From IMG/VR virus record IMGVR_UViG_3300020548_000009, positions 1 through 64,000 of that record: 64,000 bases of DNA. One strand, given 5' to 3'. A program made the translations under genes and the position numbers. Shown one piece after another: positions 34,958 to 45,747 of this stretch; positions within the stretch are counted from its first letter, which is position 1, and every line of letters begins with the position of its first letter. The notes under the pieces are model-generated. The model worked only from the letters and a program-made list of their open reading frames with translations. It did no database searches and was not told the DNA's origin. Source of the DNA: a virus.

Positions 34958-37900
34958 TTATCCTATGCAGGTATTGGTCGCTACACACGTAAATCCTGGT
35001 TCGCATGGCGGGTCACAGACAGGAGGAGGGCTTACTGGCGGAGTAACAGGAGGTGTCACCGGCGGAGTAACTGGCGGAGTAACTGGCGGCGTGACCGGCG
35101 GAGTAACAGGCGGCGTGACCGGCGGAGTAACAGGCGGCGTGACCGGCGGAGTTACCGGCGGCGTTACCGGGGGAGTGTAGATGCCGTTACAGTCATTCGG
35201 CGCGTTCTGGAATGGCGCAAGGCATTGATTTTCATAACCACAAATTTCGTTAATGTAAAGGAACGTCGTGCATAGTTGACCCTCATAGGAAGGTTCCACT
35301 GGAGATACTGGGTCAACCGGGGCAACTGGACCAACTGGGTCGACCGGGGATACTGGGTCAACTGGGCTTGGCGAACCAGCGCACTCTTCAAGACAATAAA
35401 TTGTTTCCGTGTTGTCATCATGAACAATGCGGGCAAATAACGTAAGGGTATCTGCGTCCCAAAAGAATCCGATTCTGTCCGTGTAATCATTTGCTTGATA
35501 TTGAATTCCTTCTTTCCATACTGCAAGTTTTTCTGTTGTTGCCGGGTTGCCATCAGATGCCCACAACTCAAGTTTTTCCCATGTCAAAATTGATTTTGAA
35601 CCAAATGAGTCAATGCTTTCTGGACCATTCAATTTCATTCCTGCCGCGTCATACCCTTGACTGTCCGCCCATCCTTCAGCAGAATCAAGGTTTCCAATAA
35701 ACATATTCCCCAAGAATGTGCCGCCAAGTTGTAGATATCCAGGTTGTATTTCCAGGTCTCCGATTTTTCCTGTTGCTGCAGTCATGTAACCAGCATTTGT
35801 TACCGAAAATGGAGCATTGCTTATGCTGGCGGAACCGGACCACATGTCTCCATTTGCACCAACGTGGAAAGATGTGGCGTCAAAACCACCAATATCAATT
35901 GTTGAACCAATAATTTGACCAGCAAAATATCCGTCAACTGTGTAAAGGTCACCAGTCACGGAACTAATTTGAGTTACCAAATCTCCGGCGTTATTGAATG
36001 CTCGGAGTCCTGAAGAATCTATGATAATTCGAGGATTAGATGTAGATGTTTGGAGCGTTGGTGCGGTAAGTGTTCCTTGAACCCATGTGCCATTTCGTAC
36101 TGTTACTGAGTTGAGTTCTGCATCTCCAGATGCTTCAATTGTCCATCCGCTTGTGTCTGCAACATAGTTGTTTGAGCGGATTGCTCCGTTGAACAAGACC
36201 TGAGCGCTTGCCGAAGCGGTGAAGGAAAACGGAGGAGATGGCACGCCGGACTGACCGTTTGTCGTATATGGAAGAATTGTAAATTGGTATTCTCGCCCAG
36301 GAGCAGCAAGATTCTCAAACACTGCAGAGTTTTTGTCTGCGGCAACCGTGGCCGAGTGACGCTCAACAATTCGAGTTACGTCTCCGACAGATGCTGTTCC
36401 TGTTGGGATGTCTGGGCCTACGTCGTCAAATGTAAAAAAAGTTGCTGACGCACTTGTCAAAAACACAAGAGTTCTGTCAAAGTATCCGTCTGTAGTGCCA
36501 GTGATATTGATTAAGTCGCCAACATTAAAGCCATGCTGGTCATCGACTTCTGCATAAGCAATATTTCCGTCACGGTAGATGTCGACAATTGGATAACTAA
36601 TTGCTATTCCAACACTGTTTTGCTCTTCTCGGTAAACAATCGCTTCGTAATGAGTAGCGCTTGTGTTGTCTGGGGATTCCCAAGAGGCAACAACTCTGTT
36701 GCTCATCCCAACAACTTCAGCGCCAACAGAAGTTCCTGTTGGCGCCAACGGCTTTGATGATGTGCCGCGAAGCGTAAATGTTGGTATTTCAGCAGCACCG
36801 AGACGCCCGTAGTTTGCTGCGTACTTTAGGTTGCTTGCAATATCCTGAAAGATGTCTCCGAAAGTGACTTCAATTGTTTCGTTGCCGTTTTCGTCGATAG
36901 AAGCACTTATCGCACTGATAATTCGTTCGCTGAATACTCCTGTATCAATTTCCACGAGTACTTTGTCGCCAATGTCAAAGTCTTCCCACGCGGTCATGCC
37001 GTCTCGCTCAGCAAATGATGTGGTTATTTGCAACTTGCCATCGCGAACCTGGCGAACCGCAGAGGCAGTGATATTTGCAACGGCCGGAGCATCTTCCGAC
37101 GTATTCTCAATAAACATTTCACGGAAACCGTAAGTTCCTGTGCGGTCAGAGATTTGCCTATCCAGATTGAACCCGTCCGAGCCATAAACAACTGTTCGTA
37201 GTTCAGAAACTGACGTTCGTGTTTCTACGGTCTCCAGCATTGGAAGACTAAAAATGAGTGCTGCAGAACCACTGGTCATGTCATCGCCAAATGGTTCGTC
37301 AAACACAATTGTGTCAGTGGTAAACGGCCTTACTGCAACACTGATAACGCCGCTTGGCGAGACATGCCAATCCACGCCAGTATTTGCGGAAACTTCGTTT
37401 ATTACATCAAGAAGAGTTCGGCCAACTGCAATGTTGAAGTTTCCTCCATCTCGAACGACTCGCCCTTTCGAGTCTGTTTTACCCAAAGATGATGTGAGGG
37501 TTGCATCAAGAGAAAGTGGCCAGTCAACCGCGTATCCGATTCCTCCACGGCCGTTAAGAGTTTTGATTGCGCCAAAGTCTTCCTTCTTTGTCGAATACTC
37601 ATAGCCAGTATCTGCTTCTGTAAAGAGGATGTAAAAGGCAGATATTCCAGTGAACGCACCAAGCGAAACTTCGGTCCAGACAATGCTTACTGAGCCAACT
37701 TGATTTGATGATGTCAGACCACCATTTGATGTAATAGCAAAAGATTTATACCCATTAGTTGTTCCTTCATTTACGAAGGCTGCGTTGCCGACTTCAAGGT
37801 CTGAGATTGGACTTCCGTCTGCCCTTGCAGTGCGCTGAATAACCCAAGGATTTGAAGAGCCACCAATAGAAACAATCCAATAGACACCGTTATGGGCTTG

Positions 37901-38518
37901 TGTTGTTTGGTTTTTTACAAGGATGGTGTCGCCGACGACCAGGTCTGTAACGCCATCAATTCCGGAGTTGTTTATAGAACCATTGGCAGTTGCTGTAAGG
38001 CGTGCTCCAGCACCAGCCACATCTGTCTGTGGACCAGATTCATAGGTGGCAGAGAGATTGCCAGTCGTTGCAACTCTTACGTTATATGCGTAACCGGGGA
38101 ACAGTCGGTCAAAAAACTTCGGTCGCTGTGTTGTGCCTGCAGTTGCTCGTGCCTGATTGCTGAAATCCTCTGGAAGGACAATTCCCCACCCAAGAGCAGA
38201 AGCAATGCCGCGCCCACCAATAACAAGCGGCTGACTTACTCCGGCGCGGTCAACTTGCACATCCTCAATAAAAAACGTAAATACCGGGTCTCCATCTCTG
38301 CGAACTTGCAGAGCGTATGGACCGTCAAGCAAAGAATCTCCACGCTCTGCTTGAAAAGCATCAAAGAATGGGTCTGAAAAATCGTGCTCCAAAGTTGCTG
38401 AGCCAACGTCGTTTAATTGGTCGGATAACTGAATTGACTTCCAGCGCGGCAAATACGCAATTGTTTGGTTTGGGTCGTTTGCTAGAACAACCCAAACATC
38501 CCAGGTTGTTTTAGCCAT
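34958..38518 (-). CDS. Minor tail (Tal/baseplate-fibre) protein with Fn3-like region and C-terminal Pro-rich, Cys-rich tail
   Basis: Follows Dit; tail-fibre-like GD.ILVKNQT...NG.Y motif; PPVT repeats. Confidence 0.8.
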   Translation of the reverse strand: MAKTTWDVWVVLANDPNQTIAYLPRWKSIQLSDQLNDVGSATLEHDFSDPFFDAFQAERGDSLLDGPYALQVRRDGDPVFTFFIEDVQVDRAGVSQPLVIGGRGIASALGWGIVLPEDFSNQARATAGTTQRPKFFDRLFPGYAYNVRVATTGNLSATYESGPQTDVAGAGARLTATANGSINNSGIDGVTDLVVGDTILVKNQTTQAHNGVYWIVSIGGSSNPWVIQRTARADGSPISDLEVGNAAFVNEGTTNGYKSFAITSNGGLTSSNQVGSVSIVWTEVSLGAFTGISAFYILFTEADTGYEYSTKKEDFGAIKTLNGRGGIGYAVDWPLSLDATLTSSLGKTDSKGRVVRDGGNFNIAVGRTLLDVINEVSANTGVDWHVSPSGVISVAVRPFTTDTIVFDEPFGDDMTSGSAALIFSLPMLETVETRTSVSELRTVVYGSDGFNLDRQISDRTGTYGFREMFIENTSEDAPAVANITASAVRQVRDGKLQITTSFAERDGMTAWEDFDIGDKVLVEIDTGVFSERIISAISASIDENGNETIEVTFGDIFQDIASNLKYAANYGRLGAAEIPTFTLRGTSSKPLAPTGTSVGAEVVGMSNRVVASWESPDNTSATHYEAIVYREEQNSVGIAISYPIVDIYRDGNIAYAEVDDQHGFNVGDLINITGTTDGYFDRTLVFLTSASATFFTFDDVGPDIPTGTASVGDVTRIVERHSATVAADKNSAVFENLAAPGREYQFTILPYTTNGQSGVPSPPFSFTASASAQVLFNGAIRSNNYVADTSGWTIEASGDAELNSVTVRNGTWVQGTLTAPTLQTSTSNPRIIIDSSGLRAFNNAGDLVTQISSVTGDLYTVDGYFAGQIIGSTIDIGGFDATSFHVGANGDMWSGSASISNAPFSVTNAGYMTAATGKIGDLEIQPGYLQLGGTFLGNMFIGNLDSAEGWADSQGYDAAGMKLNGPESIDSFGSKSILTWEKLELWASDGNPATTEKLAVWKEGIQYQANDYTDRIGFFWDADTLTLFARIVHDDNTETIYCLEECAGSPSPVDPVSPVDPVGPVAPVDPVSPVEPSYEGQLCTTFLYINEICGYENQCLAPFQNAPNDCNGIYTPPVTPPVTPPVTPPVTPPVTPPVTPPVTPPVTPPVTPPVTPPVTPPVSPPPVCDPPCEPGFTCVATNTCIG
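35030..35176 (-). repeat. 12-bp coding tandem repeat (PPVT x ~11-12)
   Basis: Direct reading of DNA and protein. Confidence 0.95.
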
Positions 38519-39390
38519 TAGTAATAGGCCTTCCGATAGGAAATTGTCACTGTTCCGGACCCGGATGTGCGGCTACATGAAATCGTGTTGCTTAATGGGA
38601 ATATCTCAAACCATGATTGACGAGCGCCAGCACGATACAAATTGGCAATATCATTAACGTTATTTTTCTTTAGCGTCAAAGCGTCAGTATCAATAACAAC
38701 AGATTGTCCAGTTGGTATTGTGCCGTTGTAACCAATTGCTGTTTGACTCGAAGCGTAGGTTTCGTTAACAAGGCGAGGATTGGTCAGATTGTTAGTGGAA
38801 GTAAAAGTAATTGTCATATAGGTAATCGGCGCAGTGCCTACTGCGCTCGCGGACATCGGAACCGCAACCGGAGTGGTGGAGAAGTTTGCAGATGCTGAAG
38901 TGCTTGTAAGGGCAAACCATCTTGGGTCAGGAAACTGAACATCAACTGTAAATTCAGTTACGTTCAAGTCACGATGGTCCGAAACAGTTACTGCGCCAAC
39001 AACTTCACCGTAAGCAACTCGCGAAGAATAATTCAAAGGGTTGTCTGGATTGATGCGAACATGGGTGACCGTAAGAAGTTCAGGCATTTCGTTAAGCAGA
39101 TTAAAAACCGTGTCGTAGTTTTCGTTGAACTGTGAGCGTCGTCCAGCCTCAGTCGCTGCGACCGAGCCGCTTACTGGGTCATTGTCACTAACCCAAATGG
39201 TCCATGTTTCTGTACGTGTGTCAAGCCGTTTTTCACGCCATTGTGTTCCGTGAATAATGGCCGAGCCAACATTTTCTCCCTTTTTAGCGGGAATGCCGCG
39301 CTCAACACTTGAAAGCATGTAGCCGTGAGTGGCAAGTTCTACCCCATTGACGTCGTACCACTCAAGAACATTTGGAAGCGCTGTAGACAC
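38518..39390 (-). CDS. Distal tail protein (Dit)
   Basis: Position after TMP; PDPRW, NPRL, IDT motifs. Confidence 0.8.
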   Translation of the reverse strand: MSTALPNVLEWYDVNGVELATHGYMLSSVERGIPAKKGENVGSAIIHGTQWREKRLDTRTETWTIWVSDNDPVSGSVAATEAGRRSQFNENYDTVFNLLNEMPELLTVTHVRINPDNPLNYSSRVAYGEVVGAVTVSDHRDLNVTEFTVDVQFPDPRWFALTSTSASANFSTTPVAVPMSASAVGTAPITYMTITFTSTNNLTNPRLVNETYASSQTAIGYNGTIPTGQSVVIDTDALTLKKNNVNDIANLYRAGARQSWFEIFPLSNTISCSRTSGSGTVTISYRKAYY

Positions 39391-39395
39391 CTATA

Positions 39396-42300
39396 TCACC
39401 CGAACAATCCACTGTTTGCCAGAACCTTCATGCGGCGGGTGATTGAATCTTCCGCTGCTGCAGGTACTGGGTTATTGACCGTGACAATAATAGGCTGGCC
39501 AGACGACGTCTGTGGTGTCGCTGTTTGACGTTGTGTGTTTCTGGTGTATCGCTCAAGAGCGGAATTCGTGACGATTGTTCCGGAAACCTTTGGAATAAAC
39601 ATTTCCGGGCCACGCTCCCCAACAACATATGGCATTTCACCGGAAACAGGCCCACCAACAGCCCTAAAGCCCGCAAGATACTTATTCCATTCACTATTCA
39701 AAATGCTCTTGTATCGAGTATCGAACGCCCCAGAGGCAACCAACTGGTTCCGGAACTCTTGGCCGCCTCCTGCATACTGGCCGCCAAAACTTGCCAATGT
39801 GGCGTTCTCGACCGACTTCTTATTTGCACTCAGCCATTGCGAATATGTCATCGGCTTTGTGCCAAGTCCGCTTTGTGATGAGTCTGGGTTTATCCCGCCA
39901 CCGCCGCCGCCATCAACGATTGCAGTAACTGGAATTCGCAAAACAAGTGGCGACTTGGCAAATGATTCGTTCGCCGAAAACTGGATTGCCTTAAAAATTG
40001 CTGGACCCAATGAGTTAAGGTCCTTCCACATTTGACTGTCTTTATTGAGGAGCCCGGCAGCAAGATTTTTAAATTCAGCCCCAATGCCGGCGGTCAGTGT
40101 ATTGAGATTTCCACCAGCCTTTACAATCTTTGCAAATACTCCGTCTGGACCGTCAAGAGTTGTGTTGAATGCTTGACCAGTTACTTCAATATTGTTACCA
40201 AGAGTAGAAACATAACCGCCAACAGTTGACACATAGCCACCGTATGTGCCAACTTGGGTTCCAAGGGTGGTTAGGTTGGTTGTGCCAACTTGCAACTTGC
40301 CACTAGCAATTCCAGTCGCTGTTGCCAAATTGTTATAAACAGTCTCAAGTTCTTTATGATTTGCGTAAAGTTCTGCTGCTGCTTCTTGTACTCCTTGGTA
40401 AGCGGAAAGGACGTTTACCGTTGCATCAGCAAGATTAAGTTGTTTGTTTTCAACATCAACAGATGCATCGATGAACTTGTTTTGCGAATCAATAACTGTG
40501 TCGTTTACCTCGGATGCTGCTGCACGCGCTTCAAATAGGGCGATTTCTGCATCTACAAGTTGGACATATGATGCGCGCCCCATTGCATAGTCGCGTGAGA
40601 CACGTTCAAATTCCAATTGCAATTCATCAAGTTGTGCTTGTTCGTACCCTGTTACTTGTGCGCCTCCACCAACGCCAAAGCGCGTTTCCGCATACTGCTG
40701 TTCACGAGCGGCTCGTTTTCTGCGGTCATCAAGCGCTCGCTGCATGTTGATGAGTTTTGCCAAGTCGGCTTGAGCCTTGCGGAAGTTTAACTGCGACTTG
40801 ATATAACCAGAAAGTGAGCCAATAATGTCCTTCATTCGACCCATTACTGCTTTTACGTAATCTGTGGCGGGTGTTTCGACATTGTCTTTTTGCTCAAGGA
40901 ACTTTTTGAAGAAAGCGCCAGCACCCCTATAGCCACCCTTCTTGTATGCGTTCATAATGGCATTTTGCATTGACTTCTCAATTACACGACCAGAACGACC
41001 AGCCATTTCTGCCTGGAATCCAACAGCGACACCTTCTGCGGACGGTGTACCAACTTCTTTTGCCATTACCGTTGACGGGCTCTTGATGCCGAGGCGGCGC
41101 TTCAGACGAGCAATTACATCATCGCCAACAGCGTCAATCGCTTGCGAAACATATGGTCGACCATTTTCAATACCCATGGCAAATCCAGCCATGAGGTCAT
41201 TGCCGACTTGTTGCATTTCCTTGCCTTGTGCATCTTTTGCGCCAAAAAGAGTTTTAATTATGTCCGGCATGATTCCATCACTGCTCGTACCAAATTGATG
41301 CATTTCCAAGAACTTAGTAATGTCCACTTCGCTCAATCCGGCTGCCATTCCGTCCCCAACGATTCGAGCAATTCCTTCGCCTAGCGCACGTGTTGCTCCA
41401 GCCTCGTCTCCAGCAAGTGCAAATTGATTTACGACCTCAAGAACACTGTCCATTGCATCAAGAAGGCCTTCTTGGGCCTTGTCGGCGTTAACACTTCCGG
41501 AGAACAGGTCGCCACCGGCTTTCGATGCATCCTCCCTGAAGTTACGCATAGAATCACGGAAGTCAATTTGTGCTTCTGTCATTCCTCTCGTGACACCCAT
41601 AAGGGCTTCTTGGCCTCGTTGGAAATTCTTAAGTGCTGCTTGCGCTGCATCAAAATCATCAACCAGACCCTGTATTTCAGGATGCAAGCCTTCAGAGAAA
41701 CGGTCGCCAAGAGCAGTTACCGCAGTATCAAGGCTGTAAACGCTGCGCACAACCTCCTCTGATTTAACGCTCATTTCCCCAAGGGCATCAACTAAAACTT
41801 TTGCCGATGCGGCAGCACCTTTTGCGCCAGATGGGATAGCCCTCATTCGGTCTCGAAGAACCTCTAATATTTCAAGTGCGCGCTGTCCCTCAACACCAAA
41901 TGTATTTTCAATAAACTTAATGGCAGCAGTTTCATTTGCAGTCTTTAGAAAAACATCCCTAAAGTTTCCGGCCGATTCGCCAACAAGTTCAAAATCTCCA
42001 GTCAGACCCTTAAGTGCTGGACCAACGATTTGAGAAATAACTTCTGCTTGAGTATTTGAGGATGTTCCAGCAGATTCAAAATATGCTTGCCACTTTCTAA
42101 TATTTGCAACAAGCGGGTTGAGTTGTCCAGTATTTTGAATTGTGTCAGTAAATGCTTGACCGTACGCACCAAGCGCTTCTTTGCTTCGGTACGCATGTTC
42201 TTCCATTTCTGTGTCGGTAACTTTTTTAATAAATGTTTCGAGTCCATCGCCAGCCTTAATTGATTCGCTGGAAATTACATCTGCCCCACTTGCCACAGCA

Positions 42301-44312
42301 GATGCAAGAGCCTGAAATGTCTCCGCATTGGTAAGTGGGTCACCAAATGCTTCGTTGTAGTCAACACTTGCGCCAAGTTCTCTAAAGGCTTTTGCAACAT
42401 CTGGTCGCACCGAAAGCATCAGGGCAACAAAAGTGTCTTTAAATTCTTTTGTATTTCCGGCAAATGCGGTATCAAGCATTGACTGGATATATAGCGCTCC
42501 TGCTTGTGCGCCCTGCTTTGTGACCATGCTCTTAAAATCAGGAATGAGGTCTGGCGACTGTTCTTCAATTTCTTCCCTCATTCGCTTAACAGCCGCCATT
42601 GCATCGGCGTTATCCGTATTAATTGTTACGTCAAATACAAGATTTGACCTTCCGTATTTAACGGCTTCGTCTAGCAACGTGTTTAGTTTTCCAACACTTC
42701 CCGCAAGAGAGTCAGCGCCTTCCTTACCACTATTGAACATTCCAGCAATAAACTTGAAACCCTCAAACAACAACAAGCCAATTGTTAGAACTGGGATGAT
42801 ATAAGCCATTGATTTAGTCAAGAAATTCATGGAGAGGGCAACCATTCTGATTGAGCCTGCCAAAAATCCGTTTGCCGCAGTCCATGCACCGATTGACTTT
42901 GTTACTGTTCCTGTAGCCGTACTAGCAGTCATTGTTGCTGTTGTGTATTTTGTAATCGCGCCAGTTGTTGCGTTGTATCTAAATTGAGTTCCGAACAATG
43001 TAATATTTAAGTTTGAGCCCAAGCGAATGAGTGCCGACATTGTTTTCATAACTGTTGCAAGTGCAGCAACAGCGATTACCGCACCAGCGGCAACACGAGC
43101 AAATCCCCTACCAAATCCAGTTCCCAAAAATGCGCCAAAAGTTTTGGTTATCGCGGTTCCAAGTTTTAACAACGATGTTATGACTGGCTTTAAGCCTTCG
43201 CCAAGTTTAATTAACATTGTCTGTTGTTCCGCCATCGCCTTATTAAATTGCGCATCTGTTGTATTCGCGTAAGCAGAAAATGCATAATCCAAGTCTCCAG
43301 TGGCAGATTGCATGCGCTCGAAGATTTGTGCATTTTCTTCTGCGGCAGGACCAACCAAAGAAAGCACTGCCGTAAGGGCTCGTACGTTTCCGAATACTTT
43401 TGTAAAGTCCGCAGCGTTTTCAATGCCGCCAAGTTGGTCTCGCAATTCAATCAGGGCCGGAAATAAACCTTTTTCTTGGATATTCTTGCGAATTTCGTCT
43501 GCGTTAGTTCCAACACCAGCAAGAACTTCTTGCGCTTGCTTTGATGGCTTTAGCAACTGAGACAATGTTTGACGAACATAAATAGCAGCAGTTCCAGCGG
43601 ACAAACCACCTCGCGAAAGAGCGGCGATTGCAGCAGATACGTCTTCAAATGATGCGCCGTATGCCGCGGCAACTGGCAAAACCTTACCGAGTGCCGGAGC
43701 AAACGTATCTGCTTCCGCCTTACCTTCACGTACAGTTGCAACAAGAATGTCAGTGGCTTTTGCCGCTGAGTAATTTTCTTGTCCGTATGCATTCAATGTA
43801 GAAGTGACGGCGTCGGCAACAGTGTTAGTTGTTCCCAGACCAGCAGCGGCCGCCTTTGCTGAAGCCTCAAGTACTTCAAGCGCAGTGCTTGCCTCTTTAA
43901 TACCGGCAGAAGTGATGTAGTAAAGAGCGTCAGCGAGTTCCAATGGTGCTCTGGTTGTTTCTCCGGCAAGAGAAAGAACCTTTTCTCGCATCGTGTCAAT
44001 GCTGTCACCACCAACGACGACCAAGCCCCTAATGCGGGAAAATGCCAACTCAAACTGTCTCTGCATTTGAATTGCCTGTTTGCCGGCATTCATAAATGCA
44101 CCAACAACCGTGTACTTCATCAGGGTCGCTGTCATTCGCATTGCATCGCCAAGAGTTCTGGTGGATATTGAACTGGCAGCAAGCGACTTGCTCATTGAGC
44201 CGCCAGCGCGCGTGACGGCGCTCATTCCGCGCGCAGCAGCATTTACACCAGTGGTGGTGATGCGCACCTGTACGTTAAGTGGGCTTACCCCACCAGTTCC
44301 TGCCGCGGCCAT
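39396..44312 (-). CDS. Tape measure protein (TP901-type core)
   Basis: 1638 aa, Ala-rich; LADALYYITSAG, ATD.L..TV..GK; C-terminal Y.VGERGPE.F.P. Confidence 0.95.
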   Translation of the reverse strand: MAAAGTGGVSPLNVQVRITTTGVNAAARGMSAVTRAGGSMSKSLAASSISTRTLGDAMRMTATLMKYTVVGAFMNAGKQAIQMQRQFELAFSRIRGLVVVGGDSIDTMREKVLSLAGETTRAPLELADALYYITSAGIKEASTALEVLEASAKAAAAGLGTTNTVADAVTSTLNAYGQENYSAAKATDILVATVREGKAEADTFAPALGKVLPVAAAYGASFEDVSAAIAALSRGGLSAGTAAIYVRQTLSQLLKPSKQAQEVLAGVGTNADEIRKNIQEKGLFPALIELRDQLGGIENAADFTKVFGNVRALTAVLSLVGPAAEENAQIFERMQSATGDLDYAFSAYANTTDAQFNKAMAEQQTMLIKLGEGLKPVITSLLKLGTAITKTFGAFLGTGFGRGFARVAAGAVIAVAALATVMKTMSALIRLGSNLNITLFGTQFRYNATTGAITKYTTATMTASTATGTVTKSIGAWTAANGFLAGSIRMVALSMNFLTKSMAYIIPVLTIGLLLFEGFKFIAGMFNSGKEGADSLAGSVGKLNTLLDEAVKYGRSNLVFDVTINTDNADAMAAVKRMREEIEEQSPDLIPDFKSMVTKQGAQAGALYIQSMLDTAFAGNTKEFKDTFVALMLSVRPDVAKAFRELGASVDYNEAFGDPLTNAETFQALASAVASGADVISSESIKAGDGLETFIKKVTDTEMEEHAYRSKEALGAYGQAFTDTIQNTGQLNPLVANIRKWQAYFESAGTSSNTQAEVISQIVGPALKGLTGDFELVGESAGNFRDVFLKTANETAAIKFIENTFGVEGQRALEILEVLRDRMRAIPSGAKGAAASAKVLVDALGEMSVKSEEVVRSVYSLDTAVTALGDRFSEGLHPEIQGLVDDFDAAQAALKNFQRGQEALMGVTRGMTEAQIDFRDSMRNFREDASKAGGDLFSGSVNADKAQEGLLDAMDSVLEVVNQFALAGDEAGATRALGEGIARIVGDGMAAGLSEVDITKFLEMHQFGTSSDGIMPDIIKTLFGAKDAQGKEMQQVGNDLMAGFAMGIENGRPYVSQAIDAVGDDVIARLKRRLGIKSPSTVMAKEVGTPSAEGVAVGFQAEMAGRSGRVIEKSMQNAIMNAYKKGGYRGAGAFFKKFLEQKDNVETPATDYVKAVMGRMKDIIGSLSGYIKSQLNFRKAQADLAKLINMQRALDDRRKRAAREQQYAETRFGVGGGAQVTGYEQAQLDELQLEFERVSRDYAMGRASYVQLVDAEIALFEARAAASEVNDTVIDSQNKFIDASVDVENKQLNLADATVNVLSAYQGVQEAAAELYANHKELETVYNNLATATGIASGKLQVGTTNLTTLGTQVGTYGGYVSTVGGYVSTLGNNIEVTGQAFNTTLDGPDGVFAKIVKAGGNLNTLTAGIGAEFKNLAAGLLNKDSQMWKDLNSLGPAIFKAIQFSANESFAKSPLVLRIPVTAIVDGGGGGGINPDSSQSGLGTKPMTYSQWLSANKKSVENATLASFGGQYAGGGQEFRNQLVASGAFDTRYKSILNSEWNKYLAGFRAVGGPVSGEMPYVVGERGPEMFIPKVSGTIVTNSALERYTRNTQRQTATPQTSSGQPIIVTVNNPVPAAAEDSITRRMKVLANSGLFG

Positions 44313-44360
44313 ATAAATATTTTCGCACAGGCTGTGGAAATGTCAAATTTGCGAAAAGCC

Positions 44361-45019
44361 TTACTTTTCTATCTTTAGCCCCATCTGAGCAGCAAAGGAC
44401 ATAAGTTGTTCTTGTCCTGCTCGCTGCTTCATCCAGCCACGCGCTTCAAAAACTACGCCCAACTGGGCCGGACTTAGTTCCCAGAATTCTTCGAGCGGCT
44501 GGCCCGTTTGGGCCCAGAGTCCGAGCCACTGTTTCCAGTCTGCAAATCCGGTAGTGCTTGGGCCAGACTTTCTGCCAGACGCTTTTTGTTTTCTTCGGCG
44601 AGTGCGATTGTCTGAGTGAGCATTCGACTCGCCACGATAGGGTCCACGCCATTGGCAATTGACCACGCCGTTCCAATCACGTTTGAGTAGCCGACAATTT
44701 CTCCATCAAGCATTGCTTCGCCAACATCGTAAATTGAGCGCTTCAGAACGAATGCAAGTGTCTGCCTGAGTGTTGTGTATGGCTTTTGCTCAAGTGTTTC
44801 TTGCCATTTTTCAAGATTGCCGAAAAATTCTTCAATGTCAGAAATTGAATTGTTTGTGAATCTGACGTGAATCGTTTCGGTGATTGGCTCACCTTCTTCT
44901 GTCGTCAGGCGACCCCAATCTTCTTCGGAAGGTCCGGTTTTTGTTGTTTTTACAAAAAGGCAAGGGACGCCTTTGTTCTTGAGTACTAGCGGTGTATAGT
45001 CCATGCACACAGCATACAT
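44361..45019 (-). CDS. Tail assembly chaperone G (44474-45019) and probable frameshifted GT extension (to 44361)
   Basis: Lies between tail tube and TMP; overlapping -1 frame ORF with FWELSPAQL; candidate slip site TGGAAAC at 44531-44537. Confidence 0.7.
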
Positions 45020-45040
45020 ACATAGTCATAAACGCGCAAA

Positions 45041-45079
45041 CGCCAGTCTTGGGGCCACACAAATCCCCAAGACTGGCGT
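45041..45079 (-). terminator. Hairpin terminator/attenuator after the tail tube gene
   Basis: CGCCAGTCTTGGGG/CCCCAAGACTGGCG followed by TTTG on the minus strand. Confidence 0.7.
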
Positions 45080-45104
45080 GAACGCCAGCAGAACTATTCA
45101 GTTA

Positions 45105-45662
45105 TTAAGCGGAAAGACCCGATGCAGCCTCGCGGAGCGTGACTGTTCCGAAGCCGATACCTGTTGCAATCGGGAGGATTGCTTCGGCGTCGAACGACGG
45201 TGTCGAGAAGTTGTCTGTCGAGCCGGACATAATCGTGCCACCAGTAATCTGGCACTTGTTCAGCGTGAAGACCATTTCTGCAAGGTCGGACTCAAGGTCG
45301 TTGACCAAGACTTCAATCTTGAAGTACGGAAGGGTGTCGCCATCGAACTCGTAAGCCGCTGCTTCAGCCGAACCGCTGCCCGATGTCGTTGTCGAACCAC
45401 CGAAGATGGTTGCGAGAACATCGAGGCTCAATTCGCTGTATGTTGCGGAGAAGTTGAGACGGTCGACCTTACCCTTCTTGGCAAGAACCTTTCCGTCACC
45501 CTTCAACTCAACCGAGATGAAGTTTGGCTCAACCGAGACTTCCTGGATACCAGGAACGTCAACGGCAGCGCCGTAGGTGATGCCACCAGTGGCATCTGAT
45601 GCGACGGGGTAGACCTTGCAGTCATGAACGTCAAATGAAATTGTTGATGTGGATGCAGCCAT
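45105..45662 (-). CDS. Major tail (tube) protein
   Basis: TYG.AV.VPG..EVSVEP.....L.GD, PYF pattern; position. Confidence 0.8.
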   Translation of the reverse strand: MAASTSTISFDVHDCKVYPVASDATGGITYGAAVDVPGIQEVSVEPNFISVELKGDGKVLAKKGKVDRLNFSATYSELSLDVLATIFGGSTTTSGSGSAEAAAYEFDGDTLPYFKIEVLVNDLESDLAEMVFTLNKCQITGGTIMSGSTDNFSTPSFDAEAILPIATGIGFGTVTLREAASGLSA

Positions 45663-45747
45663 TGTTATGACTCCTTTGTTCTGCTAGTTATTCACTTTCG
45701 TGAACGGGTAAAGTCTCACAGGTTTATATGTATAGATGAAGTATTCT

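Noticed and set aside
34965-35180. Plus-strand (GGVT)n ORF
   Set aside because: Antisense shadow of the PPVT repeat in the tail gene
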